Source: Planctopirus limnophila DSM 3776
GTDB taxonomy: Bacteria; Planctomycetota; Planctomycetia; Planctomycetales; Planctomycetaceae
Assembly (NCBI RefSeq): GCF_000092105.1
Contig: NC_014148.1
Span: 2,880,001 to 2,912,000 of the forward strand
DNA length: 32,000 nucleotides
Reading direction: 5' to 3'
Part shown: one piece after another, positions 17,487-26,662 of the stretch
Numbering within the stretch: the first letter of the stretch is position 1
How the letters are laid out: every line of letters begins with the position of its first letter
Position numbers and translations under genes: made by a program
The notes under the pieces: model-generated
Told to the model about the DNA's origin: nothing
Databases searched by the model: none
Seen by the model: only the letters and a program-made list of their open reading frames with translations

Positions 17487-17900
17487 AAATCGTCCACCTA
17501 AAAGGAAAATTCGCTCTTCGACCTGAGCGCTGAGTTTTCCACCAACCGCTCTTGCTGATTCAATCCGGGTTGAAAGGATGGCACGAATAGCCGGCAGAAC
17601 CGCAAACCCAAACGAGATTCTGACTTCGATTGAACCGAATCACAAATCAGCCCGGCAGATGCGAAATTCGTATCGATTCGTTATTCTTAGCGAAAATGAG
17701 TTGTCTGATTCACCATTGCATTGATTGCAACTTCTCCCGTTGGATCAGACGATAATGCACAAATCGTTACGAAAGCGGCCACGAAATCAGATAGCCGCTT
17801 GAAGACTCGACGATTGGTTTGTCGAGACCCCACTCCTGCGGGAAGTGCTCACGCGATTTCCAGAATTTGTCTGCTTAAGTGCTCGAAGTGAAACTGTTTT

Positions 17901-19391
17901 ATGTCGATTCCCAAAGTTGCTATCGTCGGTCGACCCAATGTCGGCAAAAGCTCAATTCTCAATTGGCTGGCTCAGAAGAGAATCTCGGTGGTCGACCCCA
18001 CCGCTGGTGTCACTCGTGATCGAGTCATGTATCTGATGCATGAAGGGGATCGTTATTTTGAACTGGTGGATACCGGCGGAATTGGCATTGTTGATGTTGA
18101 CGACCTCAGTAACGAGATCGACTATCAGATCAACGTAGGGATTCAGGAAGCGGATCTGATCCTGTTTGTCGTCGATGGTTCAGCCGGTTTAACGGCACTC
18201 GACCTCGAAGTGTCACGAAGGCTGCGCCCGATTTCCACACGCAAGCTGGTGGTGGTTAACAAGTGCGATTCACCGAAGCTCGATCTTGAGTTGGGGCCCT
18301 TCTACGCTCTGGCCGATGGCCCGATTGTGGTCACGAGTGTTAAAGGAAACCGAAATCGCAATGACCTGATGGCTGCCATCCTGGAAAATCTTCCTGATGC
18401 CAATGCCGACGAGCAGCAGGATGGGGAACAGGATACAGCCGAACCCGAATTGAAACTGGCCATTGTTGGTCGCCGTAATGTGGGGAAAAGCACCTTCGTG
18501 AATTCGCTGGCTGAGACGGAGCGAATGATCGTCAGCGAAATTCCCGGTACAACGCGCGACAGTGTCGATGTGCGATTTGAACTCGATGGGAAATCGTTCG
18601 TCGCGATTGATACACCCGGGGTTCGCAAGCGAAAGTCTCTGGCGAACGATATCGAGTGGTATGGCCTGGCCAGAGCCAAGCGCAGTATCCGGCGCGCGAA
18701 CGTCGTGCTCATGTTCTTCGATTGCACGCAGCCCATCTCACGCGTCGATAAACAACTGGTGCATGAAATCTACGAGTATCACAAACCCTGTATTTTTGTG
18801 GTCAATAAATGGGATCTGCATGGCGACCAGGAAATGGAAGCCTGGAATGAGTACCTGCTGCAGAACTTTGCCAGCATGCGGCATGTCCCTCTGGCCTTCA
18901 TTACCGGGATGACCGGGAAGAACGTCAAAAAGCTGATCAATCTTGCACAGTCAATCTTCAAACAGGCATTGATGCGTATTGGCACAGGCGAACTCAATCG
19001 GCTGGTCAAAAAAGCGGTCAAGAACTGGCCGCCACCGATGCGGCAGAATCGTAACGTTAAGCTGTACTATGCGACTCAAGTGGCTGCTGAGCCCCCCACC
19101 ATCGTCTTAAAATGTAATGATGCCAACCTGCTGGACGACAGTTGGAAGCGTTACCTGCTGGGCGTCTTCCGAGAAGAGCTCCCCTTCAAGGAAGTTCCTA
19201 TCAAGCTGTATTTCCGCAGTCGAGAGACAGATTCGGCTGGTCGCATTAAGCCGCAAAACCAGGATGACCGCAACGAAATGCAGGAAGTCTTCGATTCCGA
19301 AGTCGATGATTTCGAAGATGAAGAAACGCTCTATGATGGCGAGCAGGATTTTGATGCCGGCCCTGCCAGCGCCCATGATGAACAGGATTAA
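17901..19391 (+). CDS. der: Ribosome-associated GTPase Der/EngA (tandem GTPase domains + KH-like domain) with acidic C-terminal tail
   Basis: GD1: GRPNVGKSS, DTGG, NKCD. GD2: GRRNVGKST, DTPG, NKWD. C-terminal KH-like region YATQVAAEPPTIVL. Confidence 0.96.
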   Translation: MSIPKVAIVGRPNVGKSSILNWLAQKRISVVDPTAGVTRDRVMYLMHEGDRYFELVDTGGIGIVDVDDLSNEIDYQINVGIQEADLILFVVDGSAGLTALDLEVSRRLRPISTRKLVVVNKCDSPKLDLELGPFYALADGPIVVTSVKGNRNRNDLMAAILENLPDANADEQQDGEQDTAEPELKLAIVGRRNVGKSTFVNSLAETERMIVSEIPGTTRDSVDVRFELDGKSFVAIDTPGVRKRKSLANDIEWYGLARAKRSIRRANVVLMFFDCTQPISRVDKQLVHEIYEYHKPCIFVVNKWDLHGDQEMEAWNEYLLQNFASMRHVPLAFITGMTGKNVKKLINLAQSIFKQALMRIGTGELNRLVKKAVKNWPPPMRQNRNVKLYYATQVAAEPPTIVLKCNDANLLDDSWKRYLLGVFREELPFKEVPIKLYFRSRETDSAGRIKPQNQDDRNEMQEVFDSEVDDFEDEETLYDGEQDFDAGPASAHDEQD

Positions 19392-19394
19392 GCC

Positions 19395-20135
19395 ATGCAT
19401 CCTGCAGCCAGCAAATCCACAGTTGAAGAGATCCGGAATCGCTTCGATCATGATGTCGAGCGATTCTCAAATCTTGAGACAGGCCAGACGTCTACCATTG
19501 ATGCGGCATATTGCCTCGATCTGATTGCAAGAGCCACTCAAGCAACCATACCGGGTGCTCAAGAGCTGCTGGATATTGGCTGTGGGGCCGGTAACTTTTC
19601 GTTGAAGTTGCTCCAGGCAATCCCAACGATGAACGTAACTTTAATCGACCTGAGCGAACCCATGCTCCACCGGGCACGCTCTCGACTGGAAACCTCCACC
19701 GCTAAAACGATCTCTTCCATCCAGGGCGATATTCGAGAGCTGAAGCTTCCTCCACAAAAATTTGATCTCGTGGTCGCTGCGGCCGTCCTGCATCATTTAC
19801 GAACTGATGACGAGTGGACCCTCGTCTTCCGCAAAATCTATGAAGCGATGCAGCCCGGCGGCTGGTTCTGGATTTTTGATCTGGTCGCCAGTTCAACCAG
19901 CGAAATCGAACTCGTCATGAAGTCGATCTACGGCGATTATCTCACCCAGCTTAAAGATGCTGCCTATTGCCAGCACGTGTTCGACTACATCGCCAAAGAA
20001 GATACGCCCAAACCTGTCGTCGATCAGCTTTTCAAGCTGAGTGCTGTCGGCTTTGAGTCATTGGAAATTCTGCATAAGAATGTCTCGTTTGCCGCTTTTG
20101 GCGGCCGCAAACCACTCTCTTCAGCCGAAGTCTAA
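19395..20135 (+). CDS. Class I SAM-dependent methyltransferase
   Basis: 246 aa with motif I LLDIGCGAGNFS and post-I acidic LIDLS. It starts 4 nt after the der stop. Confidence 0.85.
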   Translation: MHPAASKSTVEEIRNRFDHDVERFSNLETGQTSTIDAAYCLDLIARATQATIPGAQELLDIGCGAGNFSLKLLQAIPTMNVTLIDLSEPMLHRARSRLETSTAKTISSIQGDIRELKLPPQKFDLVVAAAVLHHLRTDDEWTLVFRKIYEAMQPGGWFWIFDLVASSTSEIELVMKSIYGDYLTQLKDAAYCQHVFDYIAKEDTPKPVVDQLFKLSAVGFESLEILHKNVSFAAFGGRKPLSSAEV

Positions 20136-20926
20136 CTCTGATTTTTAGAAGCCAGTTTGGCTAGCCGCTCCTGCACCCGCGAAAAGTTATGCAGCCAGCG
20201 GTCGTAGTCCTGCGTTTTGAACTGGAAGAATTCCAGAACTTCCTTGTGCGGTAATACGAGAAAGCGATTGAGCTCGATCGCTTCAAAAGCGGCCTCAGCG
20301 ACCTGCTCAGCGGTCAAGGCACTCATGTGCAGGAACTGATGAATCGGGTCATCCAGGTCCAGAAAATCCGTCGCAACTCCCGCAGGACAAAGGCAATGAA
20401 GCTGCACCCCTTGTCGTCGGTAATGGACTGAAAGCCATTCGGCAATGGCAAGACTGCCATGCTTGGTGACGGAGTATGCCAATGAACCAATTTCCGTCAA
20501 AACTCCAGCGGCTGAAGCGGTCACAATAAATGCACCACTCCCCTTTTGAGCCATGTGAAGAATCGTCAATCGTGCCAGCTCGACATGCGAGAGCACATTG
20601 ATCTGCCAGAGCTTGTTCCAGTCTTCCAGAGAGGTTTCAAGCCCACCCTTAGCTGTTGCGCCGGCATTGGAAAAAACGATATCGATCGAACCGTATTTCT
20701 CGGTGATGTGATTCGTCAGTTTTGCCAAATCGGTGGGTACGCAGACATCACAGCAGATCGCTTCAGCGACGGACTCACAACGTGCCGCAACAGATTCGGC
20801 AAAACTCTGGTCTCGATCTGCCACGATCACCACACGAGGGGATTGCTGGGAGGCTTTAATCGCCAGAGCCTCGCCAATCCCTTTTCCTCCACCCGTGACC
20901 AGTACAACCTGGTTAGATATCTGCAT
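20132..20926 (-). CDS. Short-chain dehydrogenase/reductase (SDR) family oxidoreductase
   Basis: 264 aa. VLVTGGGKGIGEA (TGxxxGxG), SNAGA, and catalytic YSVTK (YxxxK). Confidence 0.93.
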   Translation of the reverse strand: MQISNQVVLVTGGGKGIGEALAIKASQQSPRVVIVADRDQSFAESVAARCESVAEAICCDVCVPTDLAKLTNHITEKYGSIDIVFSNAGATAKGGLETSLEDWNKLWQINVLSHVELARLTILHMAQKGSGAFIVTASAAGVLTEIGSLAYSVTKHGSLAIAEWLSVHYRRQGVQLHCLCPAGVATDFLDLDDPIHQFLHMSALTAEQVAEAAFEAIELNRFLVLPHKEVLEFFQFKTQDYDRWLHNFSRVQERLAKLASKNQS

Positions 20927-21047
20927 TCCTGACTCCCGGGGCCCACGCTACAAAAATGCAGATTCAGGCCTTACTCCACCTTCGAGATCGATCTTCGAAG
21001 ATAAAAAACAAATCTTGCTTTTCTGTAAAGACAGTTTATCAAAAATG

Positions 21048-21072
21048 AAAAAGCCCGAGATTTCTCTCGGGC
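21048..21072 (-). terminator. Intrinsic terminator downstream of the HlyD-type gene
   Basis: Stem GCCCGAGA (21053-21060), loop TTTC, stem TCTCGGGC (21065-21072). On the minus strand the hairpin is followed by TTTTT (plus-strand AAAAA at 21048-21052). It lies 120 nt past the stop at 21192. Confidence 0.65.
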
Positions 21073-21191
21073 CATTCGCTGACTTTTTTAGATGCAAAGT
21101 CGACTGATTTTCTGAAGACAATCCGTCGGTCCTTGAGTTCTTGTTCGACGCCGTGCTCACGTTTGGAACGCCAATTCGAACTTCTCGCGAT

Positions 21192-22349
21192 CTACAGCTT
21201 CCGACCAAAATTCACACGCACTCGCGTCCCCAGGGGAAGGTCAGGCCATTCGCGTCCACTGGCTTCCACCCGCACATCGATCGGTACATCATGCACAGAG
21301 CTCGCCACGACGCTTTCGGCTCTTAAAGGAATATCGACAACAGTTCCTTGTCGCATCTGGTTGCCGGGGAAGATCAGCTCGACTTTGCTCCCCTTCGAAA
21401 CCTGTGAGATATCTTTTGATGGAATCGATGCGAGCAGATATCTGCGATCCTGATCAACGAGATCCAGCAATTTCTGGCCCGCAGTCACGAGATCTCCCGC
21501 CTTAAGATTCAAATCACTGACTGTGCCATAATTCTCACTGAGAATGGTGACTCCCTGCTTTTTCGCATTGAGATCCGAGAGTTCAAACTCAATTCGTTGA
21601 ACTTTAGCCTTCGCGACTTCCACACCATGAGCTTTTTGGATTAACTGAACCAGATCCTTATCCAGCTCTTTGAGATCGATTAAACGCTTCTCACAGATCT
21701 GCAATTGAACAGAAATGGCCTCCACAGTGGTCGCTGCGGCATCCTGAGCCACCAGTGCCCGGAGACGTTCCTCATCAGGAAGCGATTTGTCAAAAATGAT
21801 CGACCCGGCTTCGGCCTTCAGACTCACTAACGTGGTCACCGGATTCAATCGCTTCAGGTAATCCTGCCAGGCCACATGCTCCACCTGCTTTTGAAACTGA
21901 GATTGCAGAAGCTCGGCGGCTCGCAATTGAGCATCGAACTCCGCAGCTTTGAGTTCTCTTCGACGCCATTCGAGATCGACAGCCGCTTCCGCCTTTGAGC
22001 GCTCAACTTCGGCTTTGGCCTCAGTCAGTTGCTGCTCAAGAGTTGCAATTCGCTCAATCACATGCGGATCAAGCACAGTGATCAATGGTTGACCAACGGC
22101 AACCACAGCCCCCGGCGTGACGTGTACTTGCGAAATCTGTGCAGAACGTTCGGCACGTACCACCGAAATCTGTGCTTCAAGCGCCCCCTGGCAATGCTTG
22201 GACTCCATCAGATCTAAACCGGCAGTCAGCGTTGCTCCCGCACCGAGAACGAGAAAAGCCAACAGAGCCAGCCGGATGGTGGGCACGGGAACCGGTGGCT
22301 GAACAGTGATATCCACCGAAGATTGAAGTGTTGTCGTCGCAGCCGTCAT
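21192..22349 (-). CDS. HlyD-family periplasmic adaptor / membrane-fusion protein
   Basis: N-terminal TM helix (LALLAFLVLGAGATLTAGL), a lipoyl-like hairpin (VTPGAVVAVGQPLITVLDP ... AGDLVTAGQKLLDLVD), a long coiled coil, and a beta-barrel domain. I prefer the ATG at 22349 (MTAATTT...), which has GAGGAGG 6 nt upstream, over the listed start at 22397. Confidence 0.8.
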   Translation of the reverse strand: MTAATTTLQSSVDITVQPPVPVPTIRLALLAFLVLGAGATLTAGLDLMESKHCQGALEAQISVVRAERSAQISQVHVTPGAVVAVGQPLITVLDPHVIERIATLEQQLTEAKAEVERSKAEAAVDLEWRRRELKAAEFDAQLRAAELLQSQFQKQVEHVAWQDYLKRLNPVTTLVSLKAEAGSIIFDKSLPDEERLRALVAQDAAATTVEAISVQLQICEKRLIDLKELDKDLVQLIQKAHGVEVAKAKVQRIEFELSDLNAKKQGVTILSENYGTVSDLNLKAGDLVTAGQKLLDLVDQDRRYLLASIPSKDISQVSKGSKVELIFPGNQMRQGTVVDIPLRAESVVASSVHDVPIDVRVEASGREWPDLPLGTRVRVNFGRKL

Positions 22350-22557
22350 AAAGTCCTCCTCGTTGCCTGAGAGGGGAATCGGCACGCAGACCAACAACTG
22401 ATTGCTGAAGTCACAACCGTTACGAAGAGAATTTGAAGAGTGACCGTTAAAGTTTACCTAACCGGAACGTCACACGGGAAAAGCCAGCTCCCAGACCTGA
22501 TCTCTGGCAGCAAAAACTGCCGTTTTCATGATCCCGGGAGATTTGGGGAAACGCCTT

Positions 22558-22695
22558 ATGGCTGCAACGATCGTTGGTGCTGAGTATTTTGATGTCTCGG
22601 ACAAGGTGTTCGTTCTCGGACATGAATTTTTCCCACTCCTCCGATCAGAACAACATCACCTCGACCAGAGCCTCTTTATGGAGTTCTTGAAATAA
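22558..22695 (+). CDS. Candidate 45-codon upstream ORF overlapping the amidohydrolase start (TAATG)
   Basis: Hand translation gives MAATIVGAEYFDVSDKVFVLGHEFFPLLRSEQHHLDQSLFMEFLK. It is an ATG start with GGGGA 8-12 nt upstream. Its TAA stop shares one A with the ATG at 22695. It is too short for the supplied ORF track. Confidence 0.3.
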   Translation: MAATIVGAEYFDVSDKVFVLGHEFFPLLRSEQHHLDQSLFMEFLK

Positions 22696-23609
22696 TGGTT
22701 GCGAGCTCGACTTCTACCGACATTGATTTCCCGATCATCGATACGCACCAGCACCTGTGGGATCTCGATTTGTTTAAGCTGCGATGGTTGAAAACCGATC
22801 CAGAGGCTTCAGCCGCAACACAACCGCTCGGGAAGAGCCATCGACCGCACGATTATCAGGCAGCGGCTGAAGGCTTAGGGATCGTCAAAAGCGTTTACAT
22901 GGAAGTCGATGTCGTCTTTGAGCAGCAAACGAGGGAAGTCGAGTATGTCACTACGCTGTGCGAAGACCCGCAAAATCTGATGTGTGGCGCTGTCGTCTCT
23001 GGTTGCCCAGGCACACCGGGCTTTGAAAAATGGGCTTCCTATTTGAGCAAGAACCGCTGGATCAAGGGGGTGCGCAGAGTCTTGCATGCGGATGACACGC
23101 CGCAAGGAACCTGCACTCAACCTGAGTTTATTCGCAGCATGCAGCAACTGGGTCAGCACAACCTGAGCTTCGACTTTTGTATTCGACCCGGTGAATTGAA
23201 GGATGCGGCGTTGGTCGCCAAAGCGTGTCCCGGCACTCGTTTTATCCTCGATCACTGTGGCAACATGCCCGTCCACGGAGGGAGCCCAGAGTTGCGAAGC
23301 CTCTGGCAGGATGGCCTTAAAGCTCTTGCCGATCAGGAAAACGTCGTCTGCAAGATTTCAGGAATCGTCGCGAGTACTCAAGATGAAAACTGGAGACCTG
23401 CCGACCTGAAACCAGTCATTGAGACCACAGTAGAAACTTTTGGCATTCATCGGGTCATGTTTGCCAGTGACTGGCCCGTCTGCACGACCAGATCGTCTCT
23501 TAAGCGATGGATATCAGCTCTTAAGGAAATTGTCGCTCTTCGTCCCATCGAACAGCAACGACGCTTGTTCCATGACAACGCCCTGGCGTTTTATGGTTTG
23601 GCCGATTGA
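22695..23609 (+). CDS. Amidohydrolase-2 family metal-dependent hydrolase (TIM barrel; lactonase/decarboxylase-like)
   Basis: 304 aa. N-terminal IIDTHQHLWD metal-binding motif, then ILDHCG and MFASDWP motifs typical of PF04909-type enzymes. Confidence 0.85.
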   Translation: MVASSTSTDIDFPIIDTHQHLWDLDLFKLRWLKTDPEASAATQPLGKSHRPHDYQAAAEGLGIVKSVYMEVDVVFEQQTREVEYVTTLCEDPQNLMCGAVVSGCPGTPGFEKWASYLSKNRWIKGVRRVLHADDTPQGTCTQPEFIRSMQQLGQHNLSFDFCIRPGELKDAALVAKACPGTRFILDHCGNMPVHGGSPELRSLWQDGLKALADQENVVCKISGIVASTQDENWRPADLKPVIETTVETFGIHRVMFASDWPVCTTRSSLKRWISALKEIVALRPIEQQRRLFHDNALAFYGLAD

Positions 23610-25894
23610 TTCTTGAGAATGAGCAATAAACGGACACGATCAGGATCAGAAACGTCCTGTGGCAATGTCGTCTCCATCTCTCTCGACCGCGAATCTTCCG
23701 CAGACTGGTCTGCCGTGACGATCGTGCGGTTCTCGGGAGTTAGAGCGCTGATGGTTTCGGAAATGCTCCCCGCAGCCGGCGGAGTCGCTAAAGGGACAGG
23801 CAATGCCGCTGCCATCGGGGCATTTGGCCCAGGCAATTGACCTGCTGACGGCTCAGCGTGAAAATTCATCGTTGTAGAGTTTCTTGAACGCTGGGCGTGG
23901 TTCTCTGATAAAGTCCGATACACGTCCGACCCGGGTTCTGGCATGCGAAATTCAACAGCTTGCCGATACGCATACCCTGAATCCATTTGTGGTGACTTTG
24001 GTAGAGCAGAAGTTCGCCGCGTCGTCTGATCGTTCAAAACTCCATTCGAAGAGGTGTTCAGATTGGCTTCTGATGGAGATTGTTCTTTAGCAGCCACCGG
24101 GCTTTCAGCCAGATGTTGGGGATCATTCCTCTTCGCCAGCGATGGCTGATTTGGCGCCGCCATTCCTGCGATTTGACGAGTCAAACCGGCGTGACTCTCT
24201 GGAGCAATCCCAGACTCTGGCCCAGTCGAGTAATTCAATTGAGGAAGCGGGATCGGTACTGCCTCAACCATCAGAGGAGGATGAACGCGTTCTTGCTCAA
24301 GTTTCTGATCTTCCGTGATATCGTTCTGAACATGTCGAAGCATGCGCTCTGGAGAGTTTGCAGATTTCATGGAATTGGTTGTCTGTGCGGATTGATTCTC
24401 GGTGACTGCAAGAGCGAGGCCATGCTCTGGAGATCCACCAGATTGCTGAGTAAACCAGCGCTCCGTCAGATTCAGAAGACCCGCTTGAAAATGCTCTTCT
24501 TGAGCAGGTTGCATCTCACTCAGTGACTTCTGGACATTCTCGGTTTCAAGGGGCTGCCCTGCTCTTGCAGGAGTTCCCATGGCAATCACAGCTTCAGCAG
24601 AAATCTGAGGGTTGGATTCACCTGGCGCAACGGGTGTTGCTGGCTTCAAATCAGCAACAAAATCGGTGGCCGCCGGTGTTCGCACACTCCTGGTCAGTTC
24701 CAAGGTTGGCTCCAACTCTAAAGGTGAGCGGAGTCGAGCCTCGGCGAGTAATCCGTCCTGTTCGAGTTCAGTCAACACTCGAGCCAGGCTCGATTTGGTC
24801 ACATCGAGATAAATGGCCACGATCGCACTCGAGTTTTCATTGACTGGCGAAACTTCCTGAGATTCAACAAGAACTCGGTAGGGGCGCGCATTCTGCACCG
24901 GCTTGTCGAGCACTTTCGCATCTGCTGCCATACCTGGAGATGTATTCGTTGCAAAATTCTCGCTGCCACCTGACGGTGACTGATGGTCGGCATTTGAGGC
25001 ATGCACCGGCTGATGCATGATCATCTGGTTCTGCCTGATCTCTGCAGCCGAATCACCAACAACAATCGAGTTCTCAGCCAGCCGATCTAAAACTTTCAGT
25101 GACATGGCTTCCGGTTGCCTGGCATCAACTTCCAGCACTGCCACCATCCGGGGAGCAGCAGCGAGATAGGGCACCAGATCACCTATGGAAACCCGATTGG
25201 CCGGGACACGAACCTGAGAATCATGCGTTATTACCGGGTTGGATTCTCCCGCTTTTCGAGCGGCCTGCTGATCCATGAAAAACGAGTCCGATGCACCGGT
25301 CGAGTTTCTGGCAGCAACCAAAGGCGGTGTAATCGCACCGGGTACAGGTGCCGGGGCATGGGCGAATTGATCCTGCTTTCGACTGGTGGCAGGAACATTT
25401 TGGTCGACAGGTTTGGCCGACCCGACTTCTACGGAAAATGATTCCAGTCTTCCCACCCCGCCACGGGCCAATGACTCTGAATCACCTTTGATCCATTGAC
25501 CTTCAAGTCTATCCAAAAAGCCGGAAGACGCAGGAGAAACCTGGTTATCGGCGATCACCCCTTCGGCAAGAAATGAAGATCCCGGACCCGTTGGCCGAAA
25601 TCCAATTGCGAACACAGCCGCAGTCGCCAGCGACGCACACAGGGCCGCCCATGCTTCGCGCGACCAACCCGACTGCTTCAACGAGGCTGTCGAGAATTGC
25701 GGCTTCCACTGAAACTTTTTGCCCTGAAGGATCGCATCGTCCTTGAGGAGCGACTTCTGGTGACGAAAGACTTCAGCCAGGTCGCGTGCTTCGGCCGAAC
25801 TGCTCAACAGCTTCTCGATTTCCAACGACTCCATGGAGGAGGATTCACCATCCACCCAGGCGGAGATTGCTTCAGTTTCTTCCGGTCTCAACAT
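23591..25894 (-). CDS. Anti-sigma factor (RseA-like N-terminus, single TM) with ~660-aa low-complexity extracytoplasmic region
   Basis: It starts 29 nt after the ECF sigma stop. The N-terminus EETEAISAWVDGE resembles the anti-sigma N-terminal motif LSAxxDGE. One TM helix (AWAALCASLATAAVFAIGF). The remainder is rich in S/P/A/Q/N. Confidence 0.7.
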   Translation of the reverse strand: MLRPEETEAISAWVDGESSSMESLEIEKLLSSSAEARDLAEVFRHQKSLLKDDAILQGKKFQWKPQFSTASLKQSGWSREAWAALCASLATAAVFAIGFRPTGPGSSFLAEGVIADNQVSPASSGFLDRLEGQWIKGDSESLARGGVGRLESFSVEVGSAKPVDQNVPATSRKQDQFAHAPAPVPGAITPPLVAARNSTGASDSFFMDQQAARKAGESNPVITHDSQVRVPANRVSIGDLVPYLAAAPRMVAVLEVDARQPEAMSLKVLDRLAENSIVVGDSAAEIRQNQMIMHQPVHASNADHQSPSGGSENFATNTSPGMAADAKVLDKPVQNARPYRVLVESQEVSPVNENSSAIVAIYLDVTKSSLARVLTELEQDGLLAEARLRSPLELEPTLELTRSVRTPAATDFVADLKPATPVAPGESNPQISAEAVIAMGTPARAGQPLETENVQKSLSEMQPAQEEHFQAGLLNLTERWFTQQSGGSPEHGLALAVTENQSAQTTNSMKSANSPERMLRHVQNDITEDQKLEQERVHPPLMVEAVPIPLPQLNYSTGPESGIAPESHAGLTRQIAGMAAPNQPSLAKRNDPQHLAESPVAAKEQSPSEANLNTSSNGVLNDQTTRRTSALPKSPQMDSGYAYRQAVEFRMPEPGSDVYRTLSENHAQRSRNSTTMNFHAEPSAGQLPGPNAPMAAALPVPLATPPAAGSISETISALTPENRTIVTADQSAEDSRSREMETTLPQDVSDPDRVRLLLILKNQSAKP

Positions 25895-25922
25895 GCTTCT
25901 GTTTCCAACCCAACTGCCAGTT

Positions 25923-26513
25923 TTAACAGGCTCTTTGTTCCTGCCTTAACAGCCGCTCCATTCGACCTCGAAATTCTTGTCTTGCCCGATGAATCCGGCT
26001 GCGGACTGTCCCTACCGGGCAATCCACGACACGAGCGATTTCTTCATAGCTCATCTCTTCCAGATCGGTGAGCACCAGCACTGTTCGAAACGACTCTTCC
26101 ATGGCGTCCATGGCTTCCTGCACGACCCGCTGTTGATCTCTCACCTGCAGGCTATGGCTCGGATCGACATCCGCACGTTGATCTTCCAGATCATCGCCGA
26201 TCGCATCCCGCACGGCATCCAGCGAGACCGAAGCCTTCAATTGCCTTTTCGATGACCGCAACAGATTCAAGGCAATTCGAAAAACCCACGAATAAAACTG
26301 CGATTCACCACGGAATTTGGAGATCGCTCGCCAGGCGCGCGTAAATGCTTCCTGACAAATATCTTCAGCATCCTCCGGAGAGCCCGAAATCCGCGTCATC
26401 GACCGGAATAGACGCTGCTCGTACCGCCTCACAAGGAGGGTAAAACCCTCCGTATGACCGGTTTGTGCGGCTTGAATCAATTCTTCGTCAGTGAGCGTCT
26501 GCACGGAACTCAA
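25923..26513 (-). CDS. ECF (group IV) RNA polymerase sigma-70 factor
   Basis: 196 aa. Region 2 (EDAEDICQEAFTRAWRAISKFRGESQFYSWVFRIALN) and region 4 HTH (LTDLEEMSYEEIARVVDCPVGTVRSRIHRAR). Confidence 0.94.
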   Translation of the reverse strand: MSSVQTLTDEELIQAAQTGHTEGFTLLVRRYEQRLFRSMTRISGSPEDAEDICQEAFTRAWRAISKFRGESQFYSWVFRIALNLLRSSKRQLKASVSLDAVRDAIGDDLEDQRADVDPSHSLQVRDQQRVVQEAMDAMEESFRTVLVLTDLEEMSYEEIARVVDCPVGTVRSRIHRARQEFRGRMERLLRQEQRAC

Positions 26514-26662
26514 TCAATCCAGAAAGGAACTGGAGCAGTCGTCATTACCGATCGCGACATAGCAGAGGACTCCGCTTGTCTGGAATGTGAGTCTTGATTT
26601 TCCCCGGAGAAGTTCCAGCGAAACCACTCGTGGCCGCACGATTTAGGCAACTTGATAAAAAC

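Noticed and set aside
26610-26616. GGAACTT on the minus strand upstream of the ECF sigma gene, considered as an autoregulated ECF -35 element
   Set aside because: No convincing -10 lies at the right spacing. TCAAG follows after only 12 nt, and the sequence 17 nt after GGAAC is AGACT rather than a CGTC- or TCTxA-type element. It remains possible but is unsupported.
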